64,000 nucleotides of DNA from an uncultured Alphaproteobacteria bacterium (GTDB lineage Bacteria > Pseudomonadota > Alphaproteobacteria > HIMB59 > GCA-002718135): NCBI GenBank assembly GCA_902560725.1, contig CACEMR010000002.1, positions 287 to 64,286 of the forward strand, written 5' to 3'. This document shows, in pieces, positions 55,421 to 63,920 of the stretch (position 1 is the first letter of the stretch; each line of letters opens with the position of its first letter). A model generated the notes under the pieces. That model was not told the DNA's origin, searched no databases, and was given only the letters and a program-made list of their open reading frames with translations. The position numbers were made by a program, and so were the translations under genes.

Positions 55421-56138
55421 AGATTTAAGGACAATTACTTTTAATTCTCTTTGGGGATACAAAGGTATATTTACAACTATAAGATTAATAGGAAATAAAC
55501 CAAATTTAATTTTAGTTGAAGAACACTTAAAAAAACTTAACAAAGATATACGATATTTTGGTATAAACTTTAAAATATCAAAACAATTTCTAATTAAATT
55601 TATTAAAAATAATTCTAAAATTAAAAGTTATGACCATCTATTACGTGTAGCAATTACAAAAAAAATTTTATCTTTATCTTTACGTAAAAGAATTAAAGAA
55701 GATAAATTTTTTACAGCCCAAATTTATCGTTATCAAAGAGTCTTGCCTGCTTTTAAAAACTTACAATATAAAAAAATAATTTCTTTACAAAAAAGTATTA
55801 ATTTAAAAAAAGAAGAAATTATTTTTTATAAAAGAAATAGAATTCTTGAAGGATCAACAACAAATATAATCTGTATTCGAAATAATAAACTATTTATTCC
55901 CAAGAATTCATATTACTTTGGAGTTACAATTTCCTATTTGCTAAAAAAATTACCTTATAAAATTCAAAAAACAGATATTATTATTTCTAATCTAAGTAAA
56001 TTTGATGAAATACTTTTAGTTGGTTCAGGTAAAGGTGTCGTTAGTATTTCTTCCATTAAAAAATTAAATTGGTATAGGTCTTCTATGAAGATCTATAATT
56101 ATTTATCTCGAAAATACTCTAAACTTTTAATAAAATGA
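55383..56138 (+). CDS. pabC: Class IV aminotransferase-fold protein, probable aminodeoxychorismate lyase
   Basis: GIFTTIR, HLKKL, FKNLQY (PLP Lys), LEGSTTN, GVT, DEILLVGS; located between pabA and folP. Confidence 0.75.
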   Translation: MENTLLKKSFRVKDLRTITFNSLWGYKGIFTTIRLIGNKPNLILVEEHLKKLNKDIRYFGINFKISKQFLIKFIKNNSKIKSYDHLLRVAITKKILSLSLRKRIKEDKFFTAQIYRYQRVLPAFKNLQYKKIISLQKSINLKKEEIIFYKRNRILEGSTTNIICIRNNKLFIPKNSYYFGVTISYLLKKLPYKIQKTDIIISNLSKFDEILLVGSGKGVVSISSIKKLNWYRSSMKIYNYLSRKYSKLLIK

Positions 56139-56953
56139 AATTAGGAAAGTATAATTTCAAACTTAATAGTCCTGTAGTGATGGGAATATGCAACGTGACA
56201 CCTGACTCCTTTAGTGATGGTGGTCAAAGCTTTAAGAAAAAAGATGCTTTAAATAACATTAATACAATGTTTAAAAATGGAGCCCAAATAATAGATATTG
56301 GTGCTGAAAGTGCTAGACCAGGATCTGATCCATTAAGCTATAAAGAAGAAATTAAAAGATTAGATCCAATATTAAAAAAATTACCAAAAAATAAATTTGC
56401 GATCTCCGTCGACTCATACAAAATTGAAACTCAAGAATATGCGCTAAATAATGGTGCACATATAATCAATGATATATTTGGAGGCTCGCAAGACCTATTT
56501 TATTTAACAAAAAAATTCAAAACAGGATTAATTTTAATGCATACACCAGCGCCGCCTAAGACAATGCAAACAATGGTAGATTCTTATAGTAATGTTGTTT
56601 CTGACATAAAAATAATTTTTAAAAAAACAATTAAGAAATTAGAGAAAGCTAAAATACCAGCTTCAAAAGTATGGTTTGATCCAGGAATTGGTTTTGGTAA
56701 AAACCTCGAACAAAATATTGAAATTATGCAGAAAATAAATCAGTTTAAGTTTAAGAGTTATGGACTTTTGTTGGGTTCTTCAAGAAAAAGCTGGATTGAT
56801 AAAATTGATAAAAGCGATGCAAATGAGAGAATAGGCGGTTCTATAACTTCAGCATTATATTGTTATCAAAAAGGAGTTGATATATTTAGAGTGCATGACG
56901 TAAAGGAAACTTACCAGTCCTTAAAAGTATTTGAGAAATTATGTTTAAAGTAG
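56135..56953 (+). CDS. folP: Dihydropteroate synthase
   Basis: NVTPDSFSDGG, DIGAESARPG, DPGIGFGK, SRKS, RVHDV. Confidence 0.96.
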   Translation: MKLGKYNFKLNSPVVMGICNVTPDSFSDGGQSFKKKDALNNINTMFKNGAQIIDIGAESARPGSDPLSYKEEIKRLDPILKKLPKNKFAISVDSYKIETQEYALNNGAHIINDIFGGSQDLFYLTKKFKTGLILMHTPAPPKTMQTMVDSYSNVVSDIKIIFKKTIKKLEKAKIPASKVWFDPGIGFGKNLEQNIEIMQKINQFKFKSYGLLLGSSRKSWIDKIDKSDANERIGGSITSALYCYQKGVDIFRVHDVKETYQSLKVFEKLCLK

Positions 56954-57285
56954 AAATTAAAAATTTATCTATAAATGCTAACATAGGAATTACCGCTAAA
57001 GAGAGAGCAAAAAAACAAGTTTTAAAAGTTACATTATCATTTTATTATTCTTTGAAGCACTCTATTAATTTAAATGATATTGAAAATGTTAAAGATTATT
57101 CTTCTATAACCAAATATTTAAAGGAATTAGTACAAAATTCTAATTCACATACTTTAGAGCATTTAATAATAAACGTATCAAAAGCTCTAGAAAAAAAATT
57201 TAAAATTAAAGATGTAAAAGTCAGTATAAATAAAACAGCTGTAGCAAAAAGATATGGAGCTGAGTCAGTAAGTGTATCAAACTGA
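56941..57285 (+). CDS. folB: Dihydroneopterin aldolase
   Basis: IGITAKER..KQ, DY, TLE, terminal VSV; located between folP and folK. Confidence 0.85.
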   Translation: MFKVEIKNLSINANIGITAKERAKKQVLKVTLSFYYSLKHSINLNDIENVKDYSSITKYLKELVQNSNSHTLEHLIINVSKALEKKFKIKDVKVSINKTAVAKRYGAESVSVSN

Positions 57286-57772
57286 TAGTGTTATTGCTTT
57301 AGGCTCAAACTTAGGTAATTCTATTTATAATCTAGGCTGTGCTATAAAAGAATTAAGAAAATTTGGTTATATATCAAAAATAGCTGATGTTTATATTTCC
57401 GAACCATATGGGTATAAATATCAAGATAATTTTTATAACACAGCTGTTCTTTTAAAAACTAACAAACAACCATTAGAGTTAATTAATATAATTTCTCAAA
57501 TAGAAAAAAAGTTAAAAAAAAATAAAAGAATAATTAATGGTCCACGAAATATTGATATTGATATAATTTTTTATGGAAAAAATAAATATTTTTTCAGTAA
57601 TTTGATTATTCCTCACCCAAGAGCAAAAGACAGAGATTTTGTTTTATTACCAATATTAGATATTAATCCATTTATTCAACATCCCACTGAAAAAAAATCT
57701 ATTAAAACTCTATCAGCAAAATTACAAAAAAAATATATTATTAAAAAATTATCCTACAGAAATTTGATTTAA
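57272..57772 (+). CDS. folK: 6-hydroxymethyl-7,8-dihydropterin pyrophosphokinase
   Basis: IALGSNLG, FYNTAV, GPRNIDIDII, IPHPR, RDFVLLP. Confidence 0.94.
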   Translation: MYQTDSVIALGSNLGNSIYNLGCAIKELRKFGYISKIADVYISEPYGYKYQDNFYNTAVLLKTNKQPLELINIISQIEKKLKKNKRIINGPRNIDIDIIFYGKNKYFFSNLIIPHPRAKDRDFVLLPILDINPFIQHPTEKKSIKTLSAKLQKKYIIKKLSYRNLI

Positions 57773-58399
57773 GAAATTTTTTAATTTTGTTTTTGATATA
57801 AAGTTTTTATTATTTTTTAAGCTTCTAGAAATATCTAATCCATAAGGTCTTATTTGTTTGATAATAGTTGAAACGTTTGTCCTATTTATTCCGCCACCAA
57901 TATAAATAGGAATATTTTTATCTTTAATAAATTGAATTTGTTTTAAGCTTTTGTTAAGTGAATATTTCTTTATGCTTTTTTTCTTGTATACATTCATATC
58001 AAAATAAATCACATCAATAATACTTTTAATTGATTCAATATATTTTTTATTAAAATTTTCAGGATTAATTGAAATACCTATTCTTAATCTTTTAAATATT
58101 TTTTTAATTTTAATAAGAGCATCTTTTGAAAAGTGGAAAGAACAGGAAATCGTTTTTGGTTTTGTAAAATCAATTTGCTTTATTATTTCATCTAAAGAGT
58201 AAAATTTTGTCAAAAGAACTGACTCAATATTATAATAATTACATTCCTTAATTAATTTTTTAATATTTGTATCATTTGTTGTATTAGGTCCATTAAGATT
58301 ATTGCTAGCAAATCCAAGACTTTTAACTTTATTTTCATAGGCCCTTAAAACAGATGCTTTGTTTGTTATTCCGCAAATTTTCAAATTGATTTTACTCAT
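57749..58399 (-). CDS. Divergent phosphoribosylanthranilate isomerase (TrpF)-like protein
   Basis: LKICGIT (catalytic Cys), LGF, YFD, IGGGINRTNV, PYGLDIS; no trp genes nearby; overlaps the 3' end of folK. Confidence 0.75.
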   Translation of the reverse strand: MSKINLKICGITNKASVLRAYENKVKSLGFASNNLNGPNTTNDTNIKKLIKECNYYNIESVLLTKFYSLDEIIKQIDFTKPKTISCSFHFSKDALIKIKKIFKRLRIGISINPENFNKKYIESIKSIIDVIYFDMNVYKKKSIKKYSLNKSLKQIQFIKDKNIPIYIGGGINRTNVSTIIKQIRPYGLDISRSLKNNKNFISKTKLKNFLNQISVG

Positions 58400-58450
58400 A
58401 GTATTAATTAGATTAAATAATATTAATCTAAATAAAAGTAAATATTCATT

Positions 58451-58852
58451 ATGATATCTGAAAATTTTGATAATTTATTTAAAGCAGCTTCTTCAGTGAG
58501 AGAACAAGCTCATGTTCCATATTCTAATTTTAAAGTAGGTGCGGCTTTTCTTACAGAAGATAATACAATTATTACTGGTTGTAATGTTGAAAACGCTGCT
58601 TATCCTCAATCTCAATGTGCAGAAGCAACCGCAATTGGAAATATGATTTCTAATGGAAATAAAAAAATATTGGAAATAGTTGTCATTGGGTCAGGAGATT
58701 TACTATGTTCCCCTTGTGGTGGATGTAGACAAAGAATAAGAGAGTTTGCATCATTAGATACGAAAATTCATATGTGTAATGAAAATGGTCATATGAAAAC
58801 ATCAACACTTGAAGAGTTATTGCCAGACTCTTTTGGTCCTGAAAATCTATAA
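58451..58852 (+). CDS. cdd: Cytidine deaminase (homotetrameric type)
   Basis: PYSNFKVGAA, GCNVENAAY, CAE, PCGGCRQ. Confidence 0.95.
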   Translation: MISENFDNLFKAASSVREQAHVPYSNFKVGAAFLTEDNTIITGCNVENAAYPQSQCAEATAIGNMISNGNKKILEIVVIGSGDLLCSPCGGCRQRIREFASLDTKIHMCNENGHMKTSTLEELLPDSFGPENL

Positions 58853-59682
58853 TGCTCTCTTCATCAAAAAAATTTTTAGAGTTAACAAATGATAATTCGC
58901 CTGATGTAGCTGTCATACTTGGAAGCGGTTTAACAAATTTCTTTAATGAACAAGATATTATTAAATCAATTTCATACGAAGAACTTGAAGATTTTCCTCA
59001 ACCAACTGTTAAAGGACATGCAGGTAAATTAGTTTTAGGGAAAATTGATAATTTGAAAGTAGTTTGCATGTATGGAAGATCACATATTTATGAAGGTCAT
59101 AATCCGCAAAGTCTTGCTGCACCTATTCGAGTTTTAAAAGATATTGGCAGTAAGCTTCTTATTGTTACTAATGCTGCTGGAAGTCTTGATGAAAAAATGC
59201 CTGCTGGAAGTCTAATGGCAATTAAGGATCACATAAATTGGAGTGGCTTCAACCCCCTTATTGGAGATAATGCTGAAGAATATGGCCCTCGTTTTCATGA
59301 TATGAGTGATGGCTATCATAAATTTTACCGTGATCAATTAATTGATGTGGCCAAAAAAAATAATCAAAAAATATATGAAGGTATTTATTGCATGTATTCA
59401 GGGCCAAACTTTGAAACACCAGCTGAAATTAATGCTTTAAAAGTTATTGGAGGTAATGCTGTTGGAATGTCAACTGTGCCAGAAGTTTTAGTAGCAAATC
59501 ATTGCAGCCTTCCTGTTATTGGTATTAGTGTCATCACTAATTTAGCTGCTGGGATGAATAAAACAAAATTAAGTCATCAAGAAACTTTAGAAAATGCAAG
59601 CTTAGCAGAGAACAATGTACTAAATTTAATTAAACAGTTTATACGCGAAGTTCAATTAGATGATACCTCAAGAAATAATTAG
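58852..59682 (+). CDS. punA: Purine nucleoside phosphorylase (trimeric, PunA/XapA type)
   Basis: ILGSGL, GHAG, GRSHIYEG, TNAAG, GPNFETPAE, VGMSTVPE, ITNLAAG. Confidence 0.92.
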   Translation: MLSSSKKFLELTNDNSPDVAVILGSGLTNFFNEQDIIKSISYEELEDFPQPTVKGHAGKLVLGKIDNLKVVCMYGRSHIYEGHNPQSLAAPIRVLKDIGSKLLIVTNAAGSLDEKMPAGSLMAIKDHINWSGFNPLIGDNAEEYGPRFHDMSDGYHKFYRDQLIDVAKKNNQKIYEGIYCMYSGPNFETPAEINALKVIGGNAVGMSTVPEVLVANHCSLPVIGISVITNLAAGMNKTKLSHQETLENASLAENNVLNLIKQFIREVQLDDTSRNN

Positions 59683-60973
59683 AAAAAAAAGAGATAGCGA
59701 AGTTCTTTCAAAAGAAGAAATTATTGAATTTGTAAAAGGTTTAACCAATGGATCTTTTTCAGACGCTCAGATTGCTGCGATGAGTATGGCAATATTTTCT
59801 AACGGCATGATACCTGAAGAGACTGTTCACTTAACTGAAGCAATGACAAAATCTGGGGATACAATAAATTGGTCAGACATTGTAGATAGTGAATTTGTGT
59901 GTGATAAACATTCAACAGGTGGCGTTGGTGATAAAACCAGTATTGTATTGGCACCAATATTAGCAGCATGTGGATTACATGTGCCGATGATTTCTGGAAG
60001 AGGTCTAGGTCATACCGGTGGAACACTTGACAAATTTGATTCAATACCAGGATACAATACCCAACCTGATATAGATACTTTTAAAAAAGTAGTAAAAGAA
60101 GTTGGATGTGCAATTATTGGTCAAACGTCAAATCTAGCGCCAGCTGATAAAAAACTATATTCAATAAGAGATGTAGTGGGAACAGTTGAGTCTTTACCTT
60201 TAATTACCTCTTCTATTTTATCAAAAAAAATCGCCTCTGGTCTTAAATCTTTAGTTCTAGATGTAAAAGTTGGTAACGGTTCCTTTAATAGTAACATTGA
60301 TATATCAAGAGCACTCTCTAATTCTTTAGTAAGTGTAGCAAAGGGAGCAGGGCTTAAATGTGAAGCTATAATAACTGATATGAATCAAGTATTAGGTAAA
60401 AGCGCCGGTCATACTTTAGAAATGTTAGAATGTATAAATTATATAAAAAATGAATCAAAAGACTCTCGACTTGAAAATATTACAAATGAATTAATCTCTT
60501 CACTTCTTATGATGATCTATAAAATTTCAAAAGAAGAAGCTCACAAAAAAATTCATGAAGTAATAACAAATGGTTTCGCCGCCGAAAAATTTGAAATGAT
60601 GGTTGCAGCTCTCGGAGGACCAAAAAATATTCTCTCATCTTATGAAAAAGATTTAAGCAACAATTCATCTCCAAAAGATATATTTGGACAAAACTCAGGT
60701 TGGGTTAAAAAAATTCATACAAGAGAATTAGGACTGACTTTGATAGAACTTGGTGGCGGAAGAAAACAAGTTACTGATAAAATTAATTATGGGGTAGGTT
60801 ATGATAATGTCTGTTCTGTTGGCGATAAAATTGATTCATCAAGACCTTTACTAACTCTTTACTCTAACAATATGGAAGATAATAAAAAATTAGAGGATCG
60901 AATTAAAGATTGTTTTGTCATATCAGATAAAGAAATAACAAAATTACCTGAAATATATGAACACATTAATTAA
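59660..60973 (+). CDS. deoA: Thymidine phosphorylase
   Basis: MIPQEIIRKKRD, DKHSTGGVGDK, SGRGLGHTGGTLDK, SILSKK, LGGGR. Confidence 0.96.
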   Translation: MIPQEIIRKKRDSEVLSKEEIIEFVKGLTNGSFSDAQIAAMSMAIFSNGMIPEETVHLTEAMTKSGDTINWSDIVDSEFVCDKHSTGGVGDKTSIVLAPILAACGLHVPMISGRGLGHTGGTLDKFDSIPGYNTQPDIDTFKKVVKEVGCAIIGQTSNLAPADKKLYSIRDVVGTVESLPLITSSILSKKIASGLKSLVLDVKVGNGSFNSNIDISRALSNSLVSVAKGAGLKCEAIITDMNQVLGKSAGHTLEMLECINYIKNESKDSRLENITNELISSLLMMIYKISKEEAHKKIHEVITNGFAAEKFEMMVAALGGPKNILSSYEKDLSNNSSPKDIFGQNSGWVKKIHTRELGLTLIELGGGRKQVTDKINYGVGYDNVCSVGDKIDSSRPLLTLYSNNMEDNKKLEDRIKDCFVISDKEITKLPEIYEHIN

Positions 60974-61629
60974 TGAGTACTCAAACTGAAATTAATAAAA
61001 ACTTAGTTCAATACCTCCAAAAAGTTGGATACCGAGATGATAAAATAATTAACGATTTGGCTCATGAAACATCAAAATTAGGCAGTGTTTCACAAATGCA
61101 AATTGCAAAAGAACAAGGGCAGTTTCTTGAAATTATTACAAAAATATCTAACGCAAATTCTTGTTTAGAAATTGGTAGATTTACAGGAATGAGTACACTT
61201 TTTATAGCAAGGGGTCTTTCTGAAAAAGGTAAAATTATCACAATTGATAATTCTGATGAGTTTCTATCTTTAGCAAAAAAATATTGGGATCTCGATAATG
61301 TAAGTGCAAAAATAGAGTCAATTATTGGTGACGGTGTTGAAGTAATGCAGAGCATGATAGACCGCCAACATTCTTTTGATTTAATTTTTATTGATGCTGA
61401 TAAAAACAATTACCCTAATTACTATGAACTATCTCTTAATTTAATACCATCAAATGGAATTATCATTATTGATAATATGCTTTGGCATGGTGATGTCGCT
61501 AATGAAAATAAAAATGATTCTCAAACAAATACCATACGTGATTTAAATTTGAAAATTCAAAAAGATAATAGGGTTGAGTTCTCTCTTTTGCCCCTTTCAG
61601 ATGGTTTATCTTTTATAAGAAAAAAATAA
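60973..61629 (+). CDS. Class I SAM-dependent O-methyltransferase (caffeoyl-CoA OMT-like)
   Basis: MQI..EQGQFL, LEIGRFTGMS, FIDADK, IDNMLWHG, DGL. Confidence 0.9.
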   Translation: MSTQTEINKNLVQYLQKVGYRDDKIINDLAHETSKLGSVSQMQIAKEQGQFLEIITKISNANSCLEIGRFTGMSTLFIARGLSEKGKIITIDNSDEFLSLAKKYWDLDNVSAKIESIIGDGVEVMQSMIDRQHSFDLIFIDADKNNYPNYYELSLNLIPSNGIIIIDNMLWHGDVANENKNDSQTNTIRDLNLKIQKDNRVEFSLLPLSDGLSFIRKK

Positions 61630-61636
61630 TTAAAGA

Positions 61637-61666
61637 CTTGAATTAACAATAATCATCACCACATTT
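61637..61666 (+). promoter_or_regulatory. RpoH (sigma32)-type promoter for hsp20
   Basis: CTTG-N17-ACCACATTT, same spacing as the dnaK and hslV promoters. Confidence 0.6.
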
Positions 61667-61669
61667 AAG

Positions 61670-61729
61670 TTATCGGTATGCCATTGTGGGTGCTGATAAA
61701 CAAACTTGCTTATTAAAGGAGTTATTATG
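61670..61729 (+). ncRNA. ROSE-like RNA thermometer in the hsp20 5' UTR
   Basis: 5' hairpin TTATCGGTA/TGCTGATAA; 3' hairpin AACTTGCT (61703-61710) pairs with the SD AGGAGTT (61717-61723) with the bulged G of the U(U/C)GCU motif. Confidence 0.75.
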
Positions 61730-62164
61730 ACTAGAAACCTATCCGTTTGGAATTCTCTAAGACCCTTTTCTGTTGGATTTGACTCGATTTTCGATGAATT
61801 TGATAGAATGTTAGAGTCCACTGAACGATACAATACAAACTACCCACCTTACAATATTCATAGAGTTGATGAAAATAACTACAAAATTGAAGTAGCTCTT
61901 GCTGGATATAGTAAAGAGGATATTGAGATTGAATTAAAAGAAAGTAACTTAACCGTTCGAAATAAACCAAAAGAAAAAGTGGTTAATGAAAATGGTAATG
62001 GTGTTATTCATAAAGGTATCTCAACTCGACAGTTTGAAAGATCATTCACAATTTCAGAAGACATCAAAGTGAAAGATGCGGAACTGCAAAATGGACTATT
62101 AACAATAGATTTGGAGAGAATCATTCCAGAAGAAAAAAAAGCTAGACTAATATCAATTAAATAG
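61727..62164 (+). CDS. Small heat shock protein (Hsp20/IbpA family)
   Basis: SVGFD, NYPPYNI, IEVALAG, HKGISTRQFERSF, NGLLTIDL, IPEEKK; ATG 61727 follows AGGAG. Confidence 0.95.
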   Translation: MTRNLSVWNSLRPFSVGFDSIFDEFDRMLESTERYNTNYPPYNIHRVDENNYKIEVALAGYSKEDIEIELKESNLTVRNKPKEKVVNENGNGVIHKGISTRQFERSFTISEDIKVKDAELQNGLLTIDLERIIPEEKKARLISIK

Positions 62165-62173
62165 TCGTGGATA

Positions 62174-62191
62174 GGGGCCCAAAGTGGCCCC
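62174..62191 (+). terminator. Putative terminator hairpin after hsp20
   Basis: GGGGCC-CAAAGT-GGCCCC; U-tract is weak. Confidence 0.55.
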
Positions 62192-62239
62192 AAACTTTAC
62201 AAATATTGAAAAATCTAAATTTAATTTTTATAAGTCATT

Positions 62240-62914
62240 ATGAAAATTATTATTTTTCTTTTAGTATTTTATCCCTTAACAATCTTTGCCCATCAACCTA
62301 AATTAATAAATTATTCACCATCTTTCGATAATCCACATGAGGTAGTTTACCCAGAAATTTCAAAAGCATATTATTCTAAGTTAGAAGGAGAGCCGCATTA
62401 TTATAAAATAAATAGTGATAGTGATTTTTTATTTTATACAGGTATCTTAAGTCCAAAAGTAAATGATAATTACAAATGGTTATCCCTTGAAGTTTTAGAT
62501 GAAAATAAAAAAGTCATTTATAAAGCAGAGGGTAAAGACTTTGAGTGGAATGCTTGGTATGAACCTTATGCTAGAGATTGGTATTGGAAAGGCCCTGAAA
62601 TAGGAACTGAAAGAAATGAAGAATTTAAAACAAGTTTTACAATTGATGCTGGCACCTATTATATAAAAGTATTTAACGACGATAACACAGGACATTATTC
62701 ACTCGCAGTTGGTGAAGCAGAATTTTTTGGATCCAATCTATGGGAACAAATATTAACTTGGACGCCTATCATTCTTTATATTGGCCCATTCATGGATATT
62801 ATACATTGGCAAAAATTTGATATTCGCGCCTACATTCCTCATATTGCTCTTTTAGTTTTAATAACAATTATTTATTTCTTAATAAAAAAAATATTTTTTA
62901 GAAGAAGGGTATAG
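62240..62914 (+). CDS. Hypothetical exported protein with C-terminal membrane anchor
   Basis: Signal peptide ending IFA then HQP, aromatic-rich soluble domain, C-terminal TM followed by KK/RRR. Confidence 0.75.
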   Translation: MKIIIFLLVFYPLTIFAHQPKLINYSPSFDNPHEVVYPEISKAYYSKLEGEPHYYKINSDSDFLFYTGILSPKVNDNYKWLSLEVLDENKKVIYKAEGKDFEWNAWYEPYARDWYWKGPEIGTERNEEFKTSFTIDAGTYYIKVFNDDNTGHYSLAVGEAEFFGSNLWEQILTWTPIILYIGPFMDIIHWQKFDIRAYIPHIALLVLITIIYFLIKKIFFRRRV

Positions 62915-62922
62915 GGTTAAAA

Positions 62923-63510
62923 ATGATGCTAAGATATTTCTTATTCATAAGCATACTTTTAATTATTAAACCTCTTTACGCTCATACCTTTACTGGAATG
63001 AATGGTTTTTATGATGGTCTTTCACATCCTGTTTTAGGATTAGATCATTTTTTAGCAATGGTTTGTGTTGGAGTGGTTAGTTCACAAATTGGCGGTAGAG
63101 CCATTTGGACAGTTCCCTCTTTATTTGTCCTATTTATGATTGTAGGGGGAGCAGCAGGCTTATTTATAGAGATACTTGCCATTACACTCTCTGATATGAT
63201 TGAATGGGGCATAATTTTTTCAGTAATTTTTTTAGGTCTATCCGTTGCAATAGAAAAAAAATTACCAACAAATATTATAATGATAGCTGTTGCATTTTTT
63301 GGCTCTTTCCATGGACTAGCTCATGGCATTGAAATGCCTTGGGCTGCAAACCCATTATTATTTGCTTTGGGGTTTTCATCAGGTACAGCAGCTCTCCACC
63401 TTTTTGGTGTAGGCATAGGCTTAGCACTAATTAAAAATAATTTTTTGAATATAATATTGAGAGCACTCGGCCTTGGATGTGCAATATTTGGATTCTATTT
63501 AATAATATAA
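62923..63510 (+). CDS. HupE/UreJ family Ni/Co transporter
   Basis: Signal peptide then AH, GLSHPVLGLDHFLAM, FHGLAHGIE, LHLFG. Confidence 0.92.
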   Translation: MMLRYFLFISILLIIKPLYAHTFTGMNGFYDGLSHPVLGLDHFLAMVCVGVVSSQIGGRAIWTVPSLFVLFMIVGGAAGLFIEILAITLSDMIEWGIIFSVIFLGLSVAIEKKLPTNIIMIAVAFFGSFHGLAHGIEMPWAANPLLFALGFSSGTAALHLFGVGIGLALIKNNFLNIILRALGLGCAIFGFYLII

Positions 63511-63520
63511 ATTTCTTTTA

Positions 63521-63537
63521 ATTAGAATAGTTCTAAA
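63521..63537. promoter_or_regulatory. Irr/ICE-like iron control element 1
   Basis: ATTAGAA-TAG-TTCTAAA versus ICE consensus TTTAGAA-N3-TTCTAAA (1 mismatch). Confidence 0.55.
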
Positions 63538-63626
63538 TTAAGTTTATTCTTAATGTTTTATATAATTTTTTTTTTATATAATTTAAATTTTTTTTATAAT
63601 GTAAATAAAAGTTTACTTCCGTTCCA

Positions 63627-63683
63627 TGGTGGTTAATATGTTTATCATTATACTCACATTTAATCTTAAATTATTAACCACCA
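63627..63683. ncRNA. Candidate small RNA hairpin
   Basis: Perfect 12-bp inverted repeat TGGTGGTTAATA/TATTAACCACCA around a 33-nt loop. Confidence 0.4.
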
Positions 63684-63701
63684 AATCTATAATTTTTTTA
63701 A

Positions 63702-63718
63702 ATTAGAATAACTCTAAA
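63702..63718. promoter_or_regulatory. Irr/ICE-like iron control element 2
   Basis: ATTAGAA-TAA-CTCTAAA (2 mismatches to ICE), upstream of TATAAT at 63745-63750. Confidence 0.45.
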
Positions 63719-63788
63719 TATCCTTATTAATTAGCTTAAATGCTTATAATAAATTTAGAAATTTAATCAGCTCTAAACAAGTATAATA

Positions 63789-63892
63789 AGTTTTTAGATC
63801 CTTAGTAATAGGACGTGGAGATAAGTGTTGAATTATATGGTAAATGCGTATCTTGACTTAAAGGTTTTCATTTATCTCCACATCTAAAAACT
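63789..63892 (+). ncRNA. Candidate cis-regulatory three-way-junction RNA
   Basis: P1 AGTTTTTAGAT/ATCTAAAAACT (11 bp), P2 CTTA-GTAA-TAGG (GNRA loop), P3 GTGGAGATAAGTG/CATTTATCTCCAC (13 bp, one G-U). Confidence 0.55.
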
Positions 63893-63920
63893 AAGAAATT
63901 TTTAAAATTAAGGAATAAAA

